A stretch of DNA of 64,000 nt from Acidimicrobiales bacterium (GTDB taxonomy: Bacteria; Actinomycetota; Acidimicrobiia; Acidimicrobiales; Aldehydirespiratoraceae): contig JAWKIR010000004.1 of NCBI GenBank assembly GCA_041394245.1, forward strand, positions 131,170-195,169. The letters are read 5' to 3'. Position 1 is the first letter of the stretch, and the number at the start of each line of letters is the position of its first letter. A program made the translations under genes and the position numbers. Shown one piece after another: positions 8,314 to 18,089 of the stretch. The notes beneath the pieces were generated by a model. It saw only the letters and a list, made by a program, of their open reading frames with translations. It ran no database searches and was not told where the DNA came from.

Positions 8314-10152
8314 TCACGCGACCACGGCACAGTTGCGGCCGCGTGCCTTGGCGTCGTAGAGCGCCTCGTCGGCCCGGGTCTTGAGCCCCTGGGCGTTGCC
8401 GCTCTCGAGGGTGGAGATCCCGACCGAGACGGTGAGCCGACCGCCCGGCTGTGACTCCTCGCCATCGATACGGGCAGCCTCCACGGCGGCCCGTATCCGT
8501 TCGCCGACCGCGGCCGCTTCCTCGACGGCGGCTCCGGGCAACAGCACCGAGAACTCCTCGCCGCCGTACCGATAGACGATGTCGGTCGCCCGTACGGTGT
8601 CGGCGATCACTCTCGCCACGGTCTGAAGCGCACGGTCACCCGCTTCGTGGCCATGGGTGTCGTTGAAGTGCTTGAAGTGGTCGACGTCGATCATGGCGAA
8701 GGCAACCGTGAGATCGGACGCGGCCGCCTCGTTCAAGGTCGTCTCGAGATCGCCGTCGAGTCGGCGGCGGTTGCCGAGCGACGTGAGGCCGTCCACCAGG
8801 GCCATGTGTTCGAACGAACCGAGCGTGTCGGCCGATGCGAGTGCACCGCCGAGCGCTGGGGCGAGCAACTCGAGTCGTCGGCGAGCCTCGTTGCCGAAGG
8901 GACGTGCGTCGGGCCGCCGCACGACGAGGACTGCCGTGACCCTGCCGTCGGTGACGAGCGGGACTGCGCAGACGGCCGCCGAGCCGACTGCGGGATCATC
9001 GTCGAGTACGGCGATGAGCGGTTGGGCGGTCTCGACGACCCGGTGCAGGGCGGAGGAGACCACGACGACCGAGTCTCCGATGCGTCGGAGACCCTCGGAC
9101 GTGTGGCGGAAGATGGTGGCATCGCTCGCGCCCGTGATCTTCGCTGCATCGATGCCGACGATGTCGGCGATCTCCGCCTCACCGCGGGCGGTGGACAGTC
9201 GACGGTGTGCTTCGAACACCTGCTCGGTGACCCGGGAGTCGTCGCGTCGTCGACCGCGACGGAGGAGTGCCCATGCGACGAGGATGCCGACAAGCATTCC
9301 GCTGCCGGCGATCGCGCCGATGACGAACCACGGCGAGCCGGTGTCCGACGGATCGTCGACGCCGGTGGAAACGGCCGCCGGTCGGACTTCGGCGATCGGA
9401 TCGGGCCCACCCTCCGCGAAGGTGTCGACCGTCGGCGCGACGGTGGGCGCCGGGGCGTCGGTCACGAGGCGGTCGGCGCCGATACGCAGTCCGTCGAGCG
9501 CGAACGGCTGAGCAAAGGCCGGCAGCACGAACGGGAGCTCGGCGATGACGGCAGCGTTGGGCGCGCCGAGCGCCAAGAGGGCGTCGGCGTTGCCGAAGCT
9601 CAGGATCTCGTCGAGTGCCCGGATGTAGGGGGCGACGGGCACGATGCCCCTGTCGCCGCGGCTGAGCCCATCGCGCAGCGCGGGCGCGATCTCGTCCAGC
9701 GCCTCGGCCATCGCGGGGACGGCGCCGAGCTCCGCGCCGACCTCGTCGCCGAGATCGGCGAGGTCGTCGTCGACCTCGAACAGGAACGCGGCGGTCGTCG
9801 CCGGTGCGACGTCGAGCCAGGGCGCGTAGGCGTCATGGATGTCGTCGACGACGAACAGATCCCTGGCGATGAAGCCGTCGAGATGGTCGATCAGCGCGAT
9901 CTCGAGCAGGAGCCGGTCGAGGACCTCGAATTCGAGGTCGGGATCGAGGTCCCATGGTTCGGCTGTGAGAAAGAGCTGGTCCATGGCCGCGAAGGCGTCT
10001 TCCTCGCTGATGTCGAGGTCGAGCCCGATGGGTGCCGGCGACGGGCCTTCTGCGGCGCGCACGGGACTCGTCAAGGCCGCGAGAAGCAGCAGTGCGAGGA
10101 CGAGGAACGGGACCGCACGGGAGCGGCCGGTTTCCGCGGTGCGCGAAGACAT
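8314..10152 (-). CDS. Membrane-anchored diguanylate cyclase (signal peptide, acidic ectodomain, TM, GAF-like, GGDEF)
   Basis: 612-aa ORF with ATG 10152 preceded by GGAGAGG. Signal-like VPFLVLALLLLAALTSPVRAAEG, a TM helix WFVIGAIAGSGMLVGILVAWALL, active site RYGGEEF with an RATD I-site at the PleD-like position, and DALTGLGNRR-like DGLTSLGNRR. Confidence 0.9.
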   Translation of the reverse strand: MSSRTAETGRSRAVPFLVLALLLLAALTSPVRAAEGPSPAPIGLDLDISEEDAFAAMDQLFLTAEPWDLDPDLEFEVLDRLLLEIALIDHLDGFIARDLFVVDDIHDAYAPWLDVAPATTAAFLFEVDDDLADLGDEVGAELGAVPAMAEALDEIAPALRDGLSRGDRGIVPVAPYIRALDEILSFGNADALLALGAPNAAVIAELPFVLPAFAQPFALDGLRIGADRLVTDAPAPTVAPTVDTFAEGGPDPIAEVRPAAVSTGVDDPSDTGSPWFVIGAIAGSGMLVGILVAWALLRRGRRRDDSRVTEQVFEAHRRLSTARGEAEIADIVGIDAAKITGASDATIFRHTSEGLRRIGDSVVVVSSALHRVVETAQPLIAVLDDDPAVGSAAVCAVPLVTDGRVTAVLVVRRPDARPFGNEARRRLELLAPALGGALASADTLGSFEHMALVDGLTSLGNRRRLDGDLETTLNEAAASDLTVAFAMIDVDHFKHFNDTHGHEAGDRALQTVARVIADTVRATDIVYRYGGEEFSVLLPGAAVEEAAAVGERIRAAVEAARIDGEESQPGGRLTVSVGISTLESGNAQGLKTRADEALYDAKARGRNCAVVA

Positions 10153-10184
10153 GTCCTCTCCATCGGCAGCAAACGCCCGGACTC

Positions 10185-10204
10185 AACCGCCGATCACGGC
10201 GGTT
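10185..10204 (-). terminator. GC hairpin downstream of the LLM oxidoreductase gene
   Basis: AACCGCCG-ATCA-CGGCGGTT (8-bp stem, 4-nt loop), 22 nt past the stop at 10226. Confidence 0.4.
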
Positions 10205-10225
10205 CTCGGCCGCGGCACCGTGTGC

Positions 10226-11143
10226 TCAGGTCGAACGGTTGATCTCGCGGAGCAGGCTGCGGGTGCGGGCGAAGTCTTCGCTGCTGGCTCCGATCTCCGC
10301 GGCGGCGAACTCCGTCGCCCCGGCGGCTTCGAGAGCACTGAGCTGTTGGCGTACGGATGCCTCGTCGCCACAGATCATCGCGTCGCCCGGGCCGGCATGG
10401 CCGTCGAGATCGAGCATGGCCCGATAGGAGGGGAGATCGCCGTAGTGCGTGAGTATCTGGCCCACGAAGTCGCGCATGGCGCCCTCGTCGTCGGTGACGG
10501 CGATCGGGAGCGAGCAGACGACACGGGGCGCCGGCCGGCCCGCTGCCTCGGCGGCTTCGTTGATCCGGGGGGCGACGTGGGTCGCGATCGCCTTCTCGCC
10601 GGTCATCCACAGCAGCGTGCCGTCGGCGCGGCTGCCGGCGATCTTCAGCATCTGTGCCCCCATGGCGGCGAGCATCAGGCCCGGGGTCCGGTCGGTCGGC
10701 CGCGTGCCGTCGAATCGCGCCGTGTAGTCCTCGCCGGCATAGTCGGCTGTGCCGTTCTCCAGGAGCGGTTGGAGGCACGACAGATAGTCGCGCATGTGGC
10801 GGATCGGCTTGTCGAAGTTCATGCCCCACGTGTGGTCGACGACCGGCGCATGGTTGACGCCGAGCCCCAGGGTGACGCGGCCGGCGACCGCTGCCTGGGT
10901 GGTGAGGGTCTTGGCGGCGAGGGCAGTCGGATGGATCGGGAACGTCGCGTTGACCGCGGTGCCGAGCTCCATGTCGCCGGTGCGGGCGCCGGCGAGCGCG
11001 AGGACGGTGAGCGCGTCGATGAGGCCGACCTGGGCGAGCCACCAGCCCGCCATCTCGTCGGCCGCCGCCTTCTCGGCGTGGGCGACGAGGCGAGCAATGT
11101 CGGAATGGATCAGCTCGGAGCTGCCGTTGATCGAGATCTTCAT
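10226..11143 (-). CDS. LLM-class (luciferase-like) F420-dependent oxidoreductase
   Basis: Track ORF 10226..11260, with start moved to ATG 11143 (MKISINGSS). Luciferase-like TIM-barrel pattern: GLGVNHAPVVDHTWGMNFDKPIRHMRDYL, and ADGTLLWMTG near the C-terminal third. Confidence 0.75.
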   Translation of the reverse strand: MKISINGSSELIHSDIARLVAHAEKAAADEMAGWWLAQVGLIDALTVLALAGARTGDMELGTAVNATFPIHPTALAAKTLTTQAAVAGRVTLGLGVNHAPVVDHTWGMNFDKPIRHMRDYLSCLQPLLENGTADYAGEDYTARFDGTRPTDRTPGLMLAAMGAQMLKIAGSRADGTLLWMTGEKAIATHVAPRINEAAEAAGRPAPRVVCSLPIAVTDDEGAMRDFVGQILTHYGDLPSYRAMLDLDGHAGPGDAMICGDEASVRQQLSALEAAGATEFAAAEIGASSEDFARTRSLLREINRST

Positions 11144-11169
11144 GGTGTCCCCCGTTGGCCTTGTGGCGC

Positions 11170-11427
11170 CTAGTTGCGCTTGCGGGCGTCGAGTTTGGCC
11201 TTGATCTCGGCGCAGGTCTTGCAGATCGGGTACTTCGACGGATCGCGGCTCGGCACCCACACCTTGCCGCAGATCGCGACGACGGGTGTGCCCTCGACCG
11301 TCGCCTTGGTGATGTCGGCCTTGCGGGCGTAGTGGGCGAAACGGTCGTGGTCGCCATCGTCGGTCACCGGGTGGGTGACCGTCTCCTCCCTGATCGTCGT
11401 CGTTTCGAGCGGGGCGAGGTCCGGCAT
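11170..11427 (-). CDS. DUF3039 domain-containing protein
   Basis: Track ORF 11170..11463, with start at ATG 11427. DRFAHYARKADITKATVEGTPVVAICGKVWVPSRDPSKYPICKTCAEI matches the conserved actinobacterial DUF3039 core as I recall it. Confidence 0.7.
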   Translation of the reverse strand: MPDLAPLETTTIREETVTHPVTDDGDHDRFAHYARKADITKATVEGTPVVAICGKVWVPSRDPSKYPICKTCAEIKAKLDARKRN

Positions 11428-11484
11428 GGCCCTAGTCTGCCCGCTCCGCGACGATCTCGGCATCGTCGATGTCGATGGCCCGGG

Positions 11485-12966
11485 TCATCCGAGTGCTCGC
11501 ACGGTGTCGATGGTGTCGGCGTGCTCCGGCGACTTGTCGTCGCGGTAGCGCACGACGCGGGCGAAGCGCAGGGCGACACCTCCCGGGTACCTGGTCGATC
11601 GCTGGACGCCGTCGACGGCGACCTCGACCACCTGCTCCGGGCGCAGGGTCACCTGCCATCCGTCGTCGTCGACGGCGAGTTCTCGGAAGCGTTCGGTCTG
11701 CCAACGCAACATGTCGTCGGTCATCCCCTTGAAGGTCTTGCCGACCATCACGAATCCCCCCGTCGCCGGATCCCGCGCTCCCATGTGGATGTTGCTCAGC
11801 CACCCCTGACGGCGGCCGCTGCCGTGCTCCACCGCGAGCACGACGAGGTCGAGCGTATGGACCGGTTTCACCTTGCGCCAGGTCTTGCCTCGTCGCCCTG
11901 CCTGGTAGGGCGAGCCGATCGCCTTCACGAGGACGCCCTCGTGGCCACGGGCGAGGGCCTCGTCGAGCACGGCCTGTGCGTCGTCGGCCGAATCGGTGAT
12001 CGTCCCGGGGATCTTCCGTTCGCCGACGGCACGGGCGAGGCGGTGCAGCCGCGCCTCGAGGGGTGCATCGAGCAGGTCGTCGCCGTCGTGATGGAGCAGG
12101 TCGAAGAAGAACGGTGCGGTCGTCGACTCGTGGCGCATCGTGTCCTGGAACTTCAACGGGCTGCCCTGCTCGTCGACACCGAGCACTTCGCCGTCGAGGA
12201 CCAGCGAGTGGGCGGCGAAGCCCTCCACGACCCGGATCACCTCGGGGACACCGGCCGTGATCTCGTTGAGGTTCCGGGTCCACACGCGGACGGTGTCGCC
12301 CTCCTTGTGGACCTGGATCCGAACGCCGTCGAGCTTCCACTCCACCGAGCTCCGGCCGACCTCCCCGATCGCCTCGGCGACGCTCTTGGCCGTGCTCGCC
12401 AGCATCGGCTGGATGGGCCGCTGGAGCTCGAGCCCGACCTCCTCGAGACCGGTTCGGCCGCCGCGGGCGGCGATCTCCGCCGCAACACCGAGATCGCCCG
12501 AGAGCATCACCGCCCGGCGCAGGACGGCTGCGGGAACCCCGGTCGCCTTCGCCACCGCGTCGGTGACGATGCCCGCGTTGGCACCCTGGCGGAGTTCGCC
12601 GATCAGCAGGCGGCGGACGAAGTCGGCCTCGTCCGCCGTCGTGCCGGCGAGGAACTCGGTGAGGCGCGAGATGCGGCCGCCCTGGGAGCCCTCGCCGTGC
12701 ATGTGAGCGATCTCGTCGAGCAGCCCGTCGAGTTCGGCGACGCTGCGGGTCGACTCGAGAGCCGTCCCCGCGGGGACGTCGCGCACGGTCGCCCAACCCA
12801 CCCCGATCCGTCCCTGGTGGGGTTCGCCCGACACGAGCCCGACCACCACGGCGATCTCGTCGGCCGTGGCCGTGCGGAGCAGCTCGGCCAGCCGGGCGAT
12901 CTTCTCCGTTCGGGCGCGGGTCGCGGCGACGTCGGCGGTGGCGGCGACGAGGTCGGCGAGTTGCAC
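11485..12966 (-). CDS. ligB: ATP-dependent DNA ligase (LigB / Lig1-like)
   Basis: C-terminal 494 codons of track ORF 11485..13875. Adenylation motif EWKLDGVR, plus FFFDLLH, EGVLVK and WRKVKP. The N-terminus VQLADLVAATADVAATRARTEKIARLAELL is typical of LigB. GTG 12966 was chosen because the upstream ORF part is antisense to rarD. Confidence 0.9.
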   Translation of the reverse strand: MQLADLVAATADVAATRARTEKIARLAELLRTATADEIAVVVGLVSGEPHQGRIGVGWATVRDVPAGTALESTRSVAELDGLLDEIAHMHGEGSQGGRISRLTEFLAGTTADEADFVRRLLIGELRQGANAGIVTDAVAKATGVPAAVLRRAVMLSGDLGVAAEIAARGGRTGLEEVGLELQRPIQPMLASTAKSVAEAIGEVGRSSVEWKLDGVRIQVHKEGDTVRVWTRNLNEITAGVPEVIRVVEGFAAHSLVLDGEVLGVDEQGSPLKFQDTMRHESTTAPFFFDLLHHDGDDLLDAPLEARLHRLARAVGERKIPGTITDSADDAQAVLDEALARGHEGVLVKAIGSPYQAGRRGKTWRKVKPVHTLDLVVLAVEHGSGRRQGWLSNIHMGARDPATGGFVMVGKTFKGMTDDMLRWQTERFRELAVDDDGWQVTLRPEQVVEVAVDGVQRSTRYPGGVALRFARVVRYRDDKSPEHADTIDTVRALG

Positions 12967-13104
12967 CCGGGCAGTGTCGCGCGCCGGGGTGTCTCGGTCC
13001 GTGCACCGGGTGACCGTGGCAGAGTCGGGATCGCGACAACCTGCTCGTCCGGGATCGGCGGATTCCTGGCCGGGGTGCTCGATCAGCAGCGATAGCGTGC
13101 CGGA

Positions 13105-13995
13105 ATGAACCGTGGCGTGGCGCTCGGAGCGACGGCATACGTGCTCTGGGGCATCTCGCCGATCTATTGGCGATCGGTCGACTCGGTCGCCGCCGGCGAC
13201 ATCGTGATCCATCGCGTCCTGACCAGCCTGGTCTTCCTCGTCGCCGCCCAGTTCGCGAACCACACGTTCGGCCGGTTGCGCACGCTGGTTGCCGATCGCC
13301 GCGCCCGGATGATGTTCGTGCTCACGGCGACGCTGCTCGCGGCGAACTGGCTCGTGTTCGTGTGGGCGGTCAACGACGACCGTGTGCTCGAGGCGAGCCT
13401 CGGCTACTTCATCAACCCGCTGGTGAGTGTGGTGCTCGGCGTGGTCGTCCTGAACGAGCGCCTGCGTACGGGGTCGCTCGTGGCCGTGGCGATCGCCGCC
13501 GTCGGCGTGGTCGTACTCGCGATCGACGTCGGCACGGTTCCCTGGGTCTCCCTCTTCCTTGCCGGCACCTTCGCCCTCTACGGGCTCGTGCGCAAGACCT
13601 CGCCGGCCGGTTCGCTCGACGGGCTGACGCTCGAGATGTTCGTGCTCGTCCCATTCGCACTCGTCGCCCTGCTCGTGCACGTCGGCAGCGGCGACAGCGT
13701 CTTCACGACATCGTCGCCGGGGCTGAACCTCTGGCTCGTCGGCGCCGGTGTGGTGACGGCCGCGCCCCTGTTGCTCTTCGCCACCGCGGCGCGCCAGATC
13801 GAGCTGTGGTTGGTCGGCATGCTCCAGTTCATCGCGCCGACCATCCAGTTCGTGCTCGGCGCCGTGGTCTGGCACGAACCGTGGAGCGGAGGTCAGGCCG
13901 TCGGTTTCGTCGTCATCTGGGCGGCGCTCGGCGTCTTCGTCGTCGACCAGCTCCGGGTGGCGCGTGGGGCGACGCGTCGTCTCGCGATCAGCTGA
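13105..13995 (+). CDS. rarD: EamA-family transporter RarD
   Basis: 296-aa ORF with about 10 TM segments. Opens YVLWGISPIYWR and contains ASLGYFINPLVSV, a RarD hallmark. Confidence 0.85.
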   Translation: MNRGVALGATAYVLWGISPIYWRSVDSVAAGDIVIHRVLTSLVFLVAAQFANHTFGRLRTLVADRRARMMFVLTATLLAANWLVFVWAVNDDRVLEASLGYFINPLVSVVLGVVVLNERLRTGSLVAVAIAAVGVVVLAIDVGTVPWVSLFLAGTFALYGLVRKTSPAGSLDGLTLEMFVLVPFALVALLVHVGSGDSVFTTSSPGLNLWLVGAGVVTAAPLLLFATAARQIELWLVGMLQFIAPTIQFVLGAVVWHEPWSGGQAVGFVVIWAALGVFVVDQLRVARGATRRLAIS

Positions 13996-15067
13996 TCACG
14001 TCGAGCGCGTCGAGATCGACGATCTGGGCGGCCGAGCGCTCGGCCATCACCATGAACATGTCGTCGCCGCGATCGGTCTGACCGACGGCGATCGAGCCGA
14101 GCATGGTGATGAACGGCCCCTGGAAGGCGCCGTGCCGGTACATGGCCATCACCTCGTCGGTCGAGAGATCGACCCCGAGACCAGCCATGGCGACCCGGTA
14201 GCGTTCGAGCGCCTCGGCTTCGTGCCGACGACGATGCTCGGGCTCGGCCGAGTTGCCCAGGAGATACGCCACATCGCGGAGACCGCACCCGACCCCGATG
14301 GTCTGCCAGTCGACCGCGGTCACCGGCGCACCGCCGAACGAGGTGCCGAACATGAGGTTGTCGAGTCGGTAGTCGCCGTGGACCAGCGTGGGGATGGACG
14401 GCTCGCGTTCGATCCATGCGGCCGACTTCGCGCCGAACTCCTGGAACACCATGCGGGCCCGATCACTCAGCCGGTGCTGGTAGCGATCGATGAACATCGG
14501 TGTGAAGAGCTCGACATAGGCGACTGCTTCGCCGCCGCTCGACTGGAGCCAATCGATGTCGGCGAGTGTCGGGTCGCCCCACCGCGGGGCGTGGAGGCCG
14601 GCGAGGTTCTCGACCGCGAGCAGGATCTGGTCATCGGATGCGCCGTCGATCTGATCTCCCTGCCGGGCCGGCGCGAGGTCCTCGAGGACCAGGGTGAACG
14701 AGGTCGAGTCGTCGGACACGGCGCCGTGGAGACAACCGGGGACGACGACCGAGAGGTCGGCCGCGAGATCGGTGTAGAAGCGCACCTCGTTGCGATAGCC
14801 ACCGGACCCGCCCGCGGCGCGGCTCTCCTCGCTGGGAGACGGGAACTTGATGACCACCGATCCCGGGGCATCGCCGGCGTCGCCGTCGAAGGTGAATCGG
14901 TAGCGTTCGTTGTGGGCCATCTGCCCGGTCCCCACGGACTCACGGTGGATCGACGAGATGGCGACCTCGTGGCCACAGCTCGCCAGGACCTGGCCGAGCC
15001 AGAGGGCCGTGACGTCGGCGGGGTCGTCGATGATGGCGGGGCTGACGGATTTCGCGGATTCGGCCAT
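13988..15067 (-). CDS. Phosphotransferase-family (APH / ecdysteroid-kinase-like) protein
   Basis: Track ORF 13988..15130, with start at ATG 15067 (MAESAKS). Catalytic loop HGDYRLDNLMF and DWQ (DFG-equivalent). Substrate unknown. Confidence 0.8.
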   Translation of the reverse strand: MAESAKSVSPAIIDDPADVTALWLGQVLASCGHEVAISSIHRESVGTGQMAHNERYRFTFDGDAGDAPGSVVIKFPSPSEESRAAGGSGGYRNEVRFYTDLAADLSVVVPGCLHGAVSDDSTSFTLVLEDLAPARQGDQIDGASDDQILLAVENLAGLHAPRWGDPTLADIDWLQSSGGEAVAYVELFTPMFIDRYQHRLSDRARMVFQEFGAKSAAWIEREPSIPTLVHGDYRLDNLMFGTSFGGAPVTAVDWQTIGVGCGLRDVAYLLGNSAEPEHRRRHEAEALERYRVAMAGLGVDLSTDEVMAMYRHGAFQGPFITMLGSIAVGQTDRGDDMFMVMAERSAAQIVDLDALDVIS

Positions 15068-15077
15068 GGGCGAGACT

Positions 15078-17039
15078 CTACGATCCGGACTCCCGATGCG
15101 CCCGATCCCGCCGCAGTGCCGGGTGGTCACGGAACTGCTCCAGCGCCTCCGGATTCGCGAGCGCCTCGGTGTTCGCCACGTCGTCGCCGTGCACGACGGC
15201 CCGGACCGCCAGTTCGACGATCTTGCCGCTGCGGGTGCGGGGGATCTCGGTGACCTGGCCGACGACCGCCGGGACGTGGCGTGGCGTGGCTCCGGCTCTG
15301 ACCTCCGCCCTGATGCGCCGGGTCAGCTCGTCGTCGAGCGTCGTGCCGTCGCGGAGCACCACGAACAGGACGACCCGTGTGTCGCCGTCGATCTGCTGGC
15401 CGACGACGATCGCCTCGAGGACCTCGGGCACCTTGTCGACCTGGCGGTAGATCTCAGCGGTGCCGATGCGGACTCCACCGGGATTGAGCGTGGCGTCGCT
15501 GCGGCCGTGGATGACGATCCCGCCGGCCTCGGTCCACTCGGCGAAGTCGCCCTGGTGCCACATGCCGGGCATGCGTTCGAAATAGGCCGCGCGGTAGCGA
15601 CGGTCGCCGGGGTCGTCGTGAAAGCCGAGCGGCATCGAGGGGAACGCGTTGGCACACACGAGCTCGCCTCTCACGCCCACCGGCACGGGGTTGCCGAGCT
15701 CGTCGACCACGTCGATCGCGAGTCCGAGGGCGGGACGCTGGATCTCGCCGGCGTGGACCGGCGACGTCGGGTCGCCGGCGACGAGGCAACCGCAGAGGTC
15801 GGTGCCGCCCGAGATAGACGCGAGGTGCACGTCGCGTTTGACCGCGTCGTAGACGGTCTCGAAGCCCTCCGGGACGAGCGTCGAGCCGGTGGAGGTGATG
15901 GTGCGCACCGTCGACAGGTCGTGCGTGTCGATCGGCCGCAGCCCCGACTTTCCGAGCGCCTCGATGAACTTGGCCGACGTGCCGAAGAGGGTGATGCCGG
16001 TCGCGTCGACCAGGTCGAAGAGTCGATTGCCGTCCGGGTGGAACGGTGACCCGTCGTACAACACGAGGGTCGCGCCCGAGGCCAGACCGGAGGCGAGCCA
16101 GTTCCACATCATCCAGCCGGCGGTCGTGAAGTAGAACACGCGGTCGCCGGGCCCGACATCGCAGTGGAGTCGGTGTTCGACGAGATGCTTCAGAAGGACC
16201 CCACCGGCCCGGTGGACGATGCACTTGGGCTTGCCCGTGGTCCCCGAGCTGAACAGCACGTACCACGGGTGATCGAACGGCAGTGCCGTGAAGACGGGTT
16301 CCTGCGGCTCGATCCCGGCAACGAAGTCGTCGAGCATGACCGCGTCCGGAACGTCGCCGGTCGTGCCGCCGCCGAAGAAGGGCACGATCACGACCTGCTC
16401 GACGCTCGGCAAGGCAGCGACGATCTCGGGCAGCGAACCGAGTCGGTCGTGGACCTTGCCGCCGTAGAGGTAGCCGTCACACGCGAACAACACCTTCGGC
16501 TCGACCTGATCGAAGCGGTCGACCACTCCGTCGACACCGAAGTCGGGTGAGGTCGACGAGAACGTTGCGCCGATCGCGGCGGCCGCGAGCATGAGTGCGT
16601 AGGTCTCCGGGATGTTGGGCATCCACGCGGCGACCCGGTCGCCCTCGACGACGCCGACGCGGATGAGCGCCGCCTGGAGGCGACCGACCATGAGACGGAG
16701 TTCGTCGCGGCTGAACACGCGGATGATCGAGTCGTCCTCGGAGTGGAACACGAGGGCCGGTTCTGGGCCGCGGTGGGCGAGAAGGTTCTCGGCCACGTTG
16801 AGCCGGGCATCGGGGAAGAAGCGCGTGTCGATGAGCTCCGTGCCGCGGACGAGGGTTCGTTCGCCGCGCTCACCGACGACGCCGAGGTCGTCCCAGGCGG
16901 CTGCCCAGAACCCCTCGGGATCCCCGACCGACCAGGCGTGCAGCGCCGTGTAGTCGCGATGGCCATGGGCTGCCGCGAATCGGGCCATCTCGGTCGCCGA
17001 CGCGCGCTCGGGGTCGGGCGTCCAGATCGGCTCAGGCAC
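15078..17039 (-). CDS. Acetoacetyl-CoA synthetase (acetoacetate--CoA ligase)
   Basis: C-terminal 654 codons of track ORF 15078..17249. Start at GTG 17039 (VPEPIWTPDPERASATEMARF), overlapping the upstream stop by 8 nt. Strings FFPDARLNVAENLL, FSSGTTGKPKCIVH and the length fit the AACS subfamily of AMP-binding enzymes. Confidence 0.85.
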   Translation of the reverse strand: MPEPIWTPDPERASATEMARFAAAHGHRDYTALHAWSVGDPEGFWAAAWDDLGVVGERGERTLVRGTELIDTRFFPDARLNVAENLLAHRGPEPALVFHSEDDSIIRVFSRDELRLMVGRLQAALIRVGVVEGDRVAAWMPNIPETYALMLAAAAIGATFSSTSPDFGVDGVVDRFDQVEPKVLFACDGYLYGGKVHDRLGSLPEIVAALPSVEQVVIVPFFGGGTTGDVPDAVMLDDFVAGIEPQEPVFTALPFDHPWYVLFSSGTTGKPKCIVHRAGGVLLKHLVEHRLHCDVGPGDRVFYFTTAGWMMWNWLASGLASGATLVLYDGSPFHPDGNRLFDLVDATGITLFGTSAKFIEALGKSGLRPIDTHDLSTVRTITSTGSTLVPEGFETVYDAVKRDVHLASISGGTDLCGCLVAGDPTSPVHAGEIQRPALGLAIDVVDELGNPVPVGVRGELVCANAFPSMPLGFHDDPGDRRYRAAYFERMPGMWHQGDFAEWTEAGGIVIHGRSDATLNPGGVRIGTAEIYRQVDKVPEVLEAIVVGQQIDGDTRVVLFVVLRDGTTLDDELTRRIRAEVRAGATPRHVPAVVGQVTEIPRTRSGKIVELAVRAVVHGDDVANTEALANPEALEQFRDHPALRRDRAHRESGS

Positions 17040-18030
17040 GTGCGTGGAGCTTCGCGAGGAAGTCGCCGAAGATGTCGTTGCGCTCGACCCGGTAGGCCTC
17101 GTGCATCCGGCCCTCGACCGGTTGCCAGGTGTGGCGATCGTCGACCCGGGCCCTCGTCGTCTCGAATGTCGGCACCCAGGCGGGATCGAGCAGCCACGCG
17201 ATCGCGATGATGTCCCAGAGCACCCAACTCCGTCCGACCCGATCGACATCGCCGTCGATCGGGTTGGTGCGGTAGATCTCGTGGAGGAGGTCGCCGAGCG
17301 CCCCGTGGCCCTCGAGCCAGCGTTCGCTGTCGGGGAGCGAGAAGCCGAGCACCTCGGCCACGTGGTAGCCGGGCTGATAGAGGAGCGGCACCCCCGACTC
17401 GAACAACACGTTGGACGCGTGCCGGTCCTGGACGAGGTTGAAGCTGTCGTCGGCGTGCGGCGACGCCGACGGATAGCCGGCCAGGAAGATCACGACGAGT
17501 TTCTCGGCGATCGACGGGTCGATGAGCAGCGCGGCGGCGACATTGGTCGGCGCGCCGATCGTGGCCACGTAGAGCGGGCCGTCGCCGTGGTGGGCACGGG
17601 TGATCAGATTGCGGGCGGCATCGCTCTCCACGATGTCGGTCGGCGACGCCATGAAGCGGGTGCTGCCGGCCACCACCGGGGGCGGCACATCGAGATCCAT
17701 CGCGTCGAGAACCCGCTGGATCTCCTCACGGGAGCGCCGCTCGCCGTGCTCGGCCGAGCGTTCGTCCCGCATCCTGGACCGTCGCTGGGGGCCGATGTGC
17801 GCGCTGAGCCGTTCCATCCGGGTGCGCTCGCCGCCCCGTCGTTGGGCGGCGGCGTCGACGACCTCGAAGTAGTGCCCATGGCAGAAGGGTGCTGCATGGA
17901 TGGCCTCGATCGACAGACGGTCGGGGGACATGAGCGCCCACGCGAGCGCGAACTGGTCGTCGATCTCGTTGGCGGTGTCGGTGTCGATGATGACCCGGAG
18001 TGGCCCGTCCGGCCGCGGTGGCAGCGTCAT
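17032..18030 (-). CDS. Nucleoside hydrolase (IU-NH family)
   Basis: Track ORF 17032..18228, with start at ATG 18030 (MTLPPRPDGPLRVIIDTDTANEIDDQFALAWAL, the DxDxxxDD aspartate cluster). Contains a highly charged Arg/Glu-rich segment (AAQRRGGERTRMERLSAHIGPQRRSRMRDERSAEHGERRSREE) that I do not associate with the family. Confidence 0.75.
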   Translation of the reverse strand: MTLPPRPDGPLRVIIDTDTANEIDDQFALAWALMSPDRLSIEAIHAAPFCHGHYFEVVDAAAQRRGGERTRMERLSAHIGPQRRSRMRDERSAEHGERRSREEIQRVLDAMDLDVPPPVVAGSTRFMASPTDIVESDAARNLITRAHHGDGPLYVATIGAPTNVAAALLIDPSIAEKLVVIFLAGYPSASPHADDSFNLVQDRHASNVLFESGVPLLYQPGYHVAEVLGFSLPDSERWLEGHGALGDLLHEIYRTNPIDGDVDRVGRSWVLWDIIAIAWLLDPAWVPTFETTRARVDDRHTWQPVEGRMHEAYRVERNDIFGDFLAKLHARA

Positions 18031-18089
18031 GGAACGCCACGGTAACCCCTGGGTCGGATGGGCATCGGGTGCCCGCCGCCCGGCCGAGC

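Noticed and set aside
12967-13875. Upstream 300 aa of the 796-aa ORF 11485..13875, as a possible ligase N-terminal extension.
   Set aside because: It is His/Arg/Glu-rich nonsense antisense to rarD. LigB-type N-terminal consensus begins exactly at GTG 12966.
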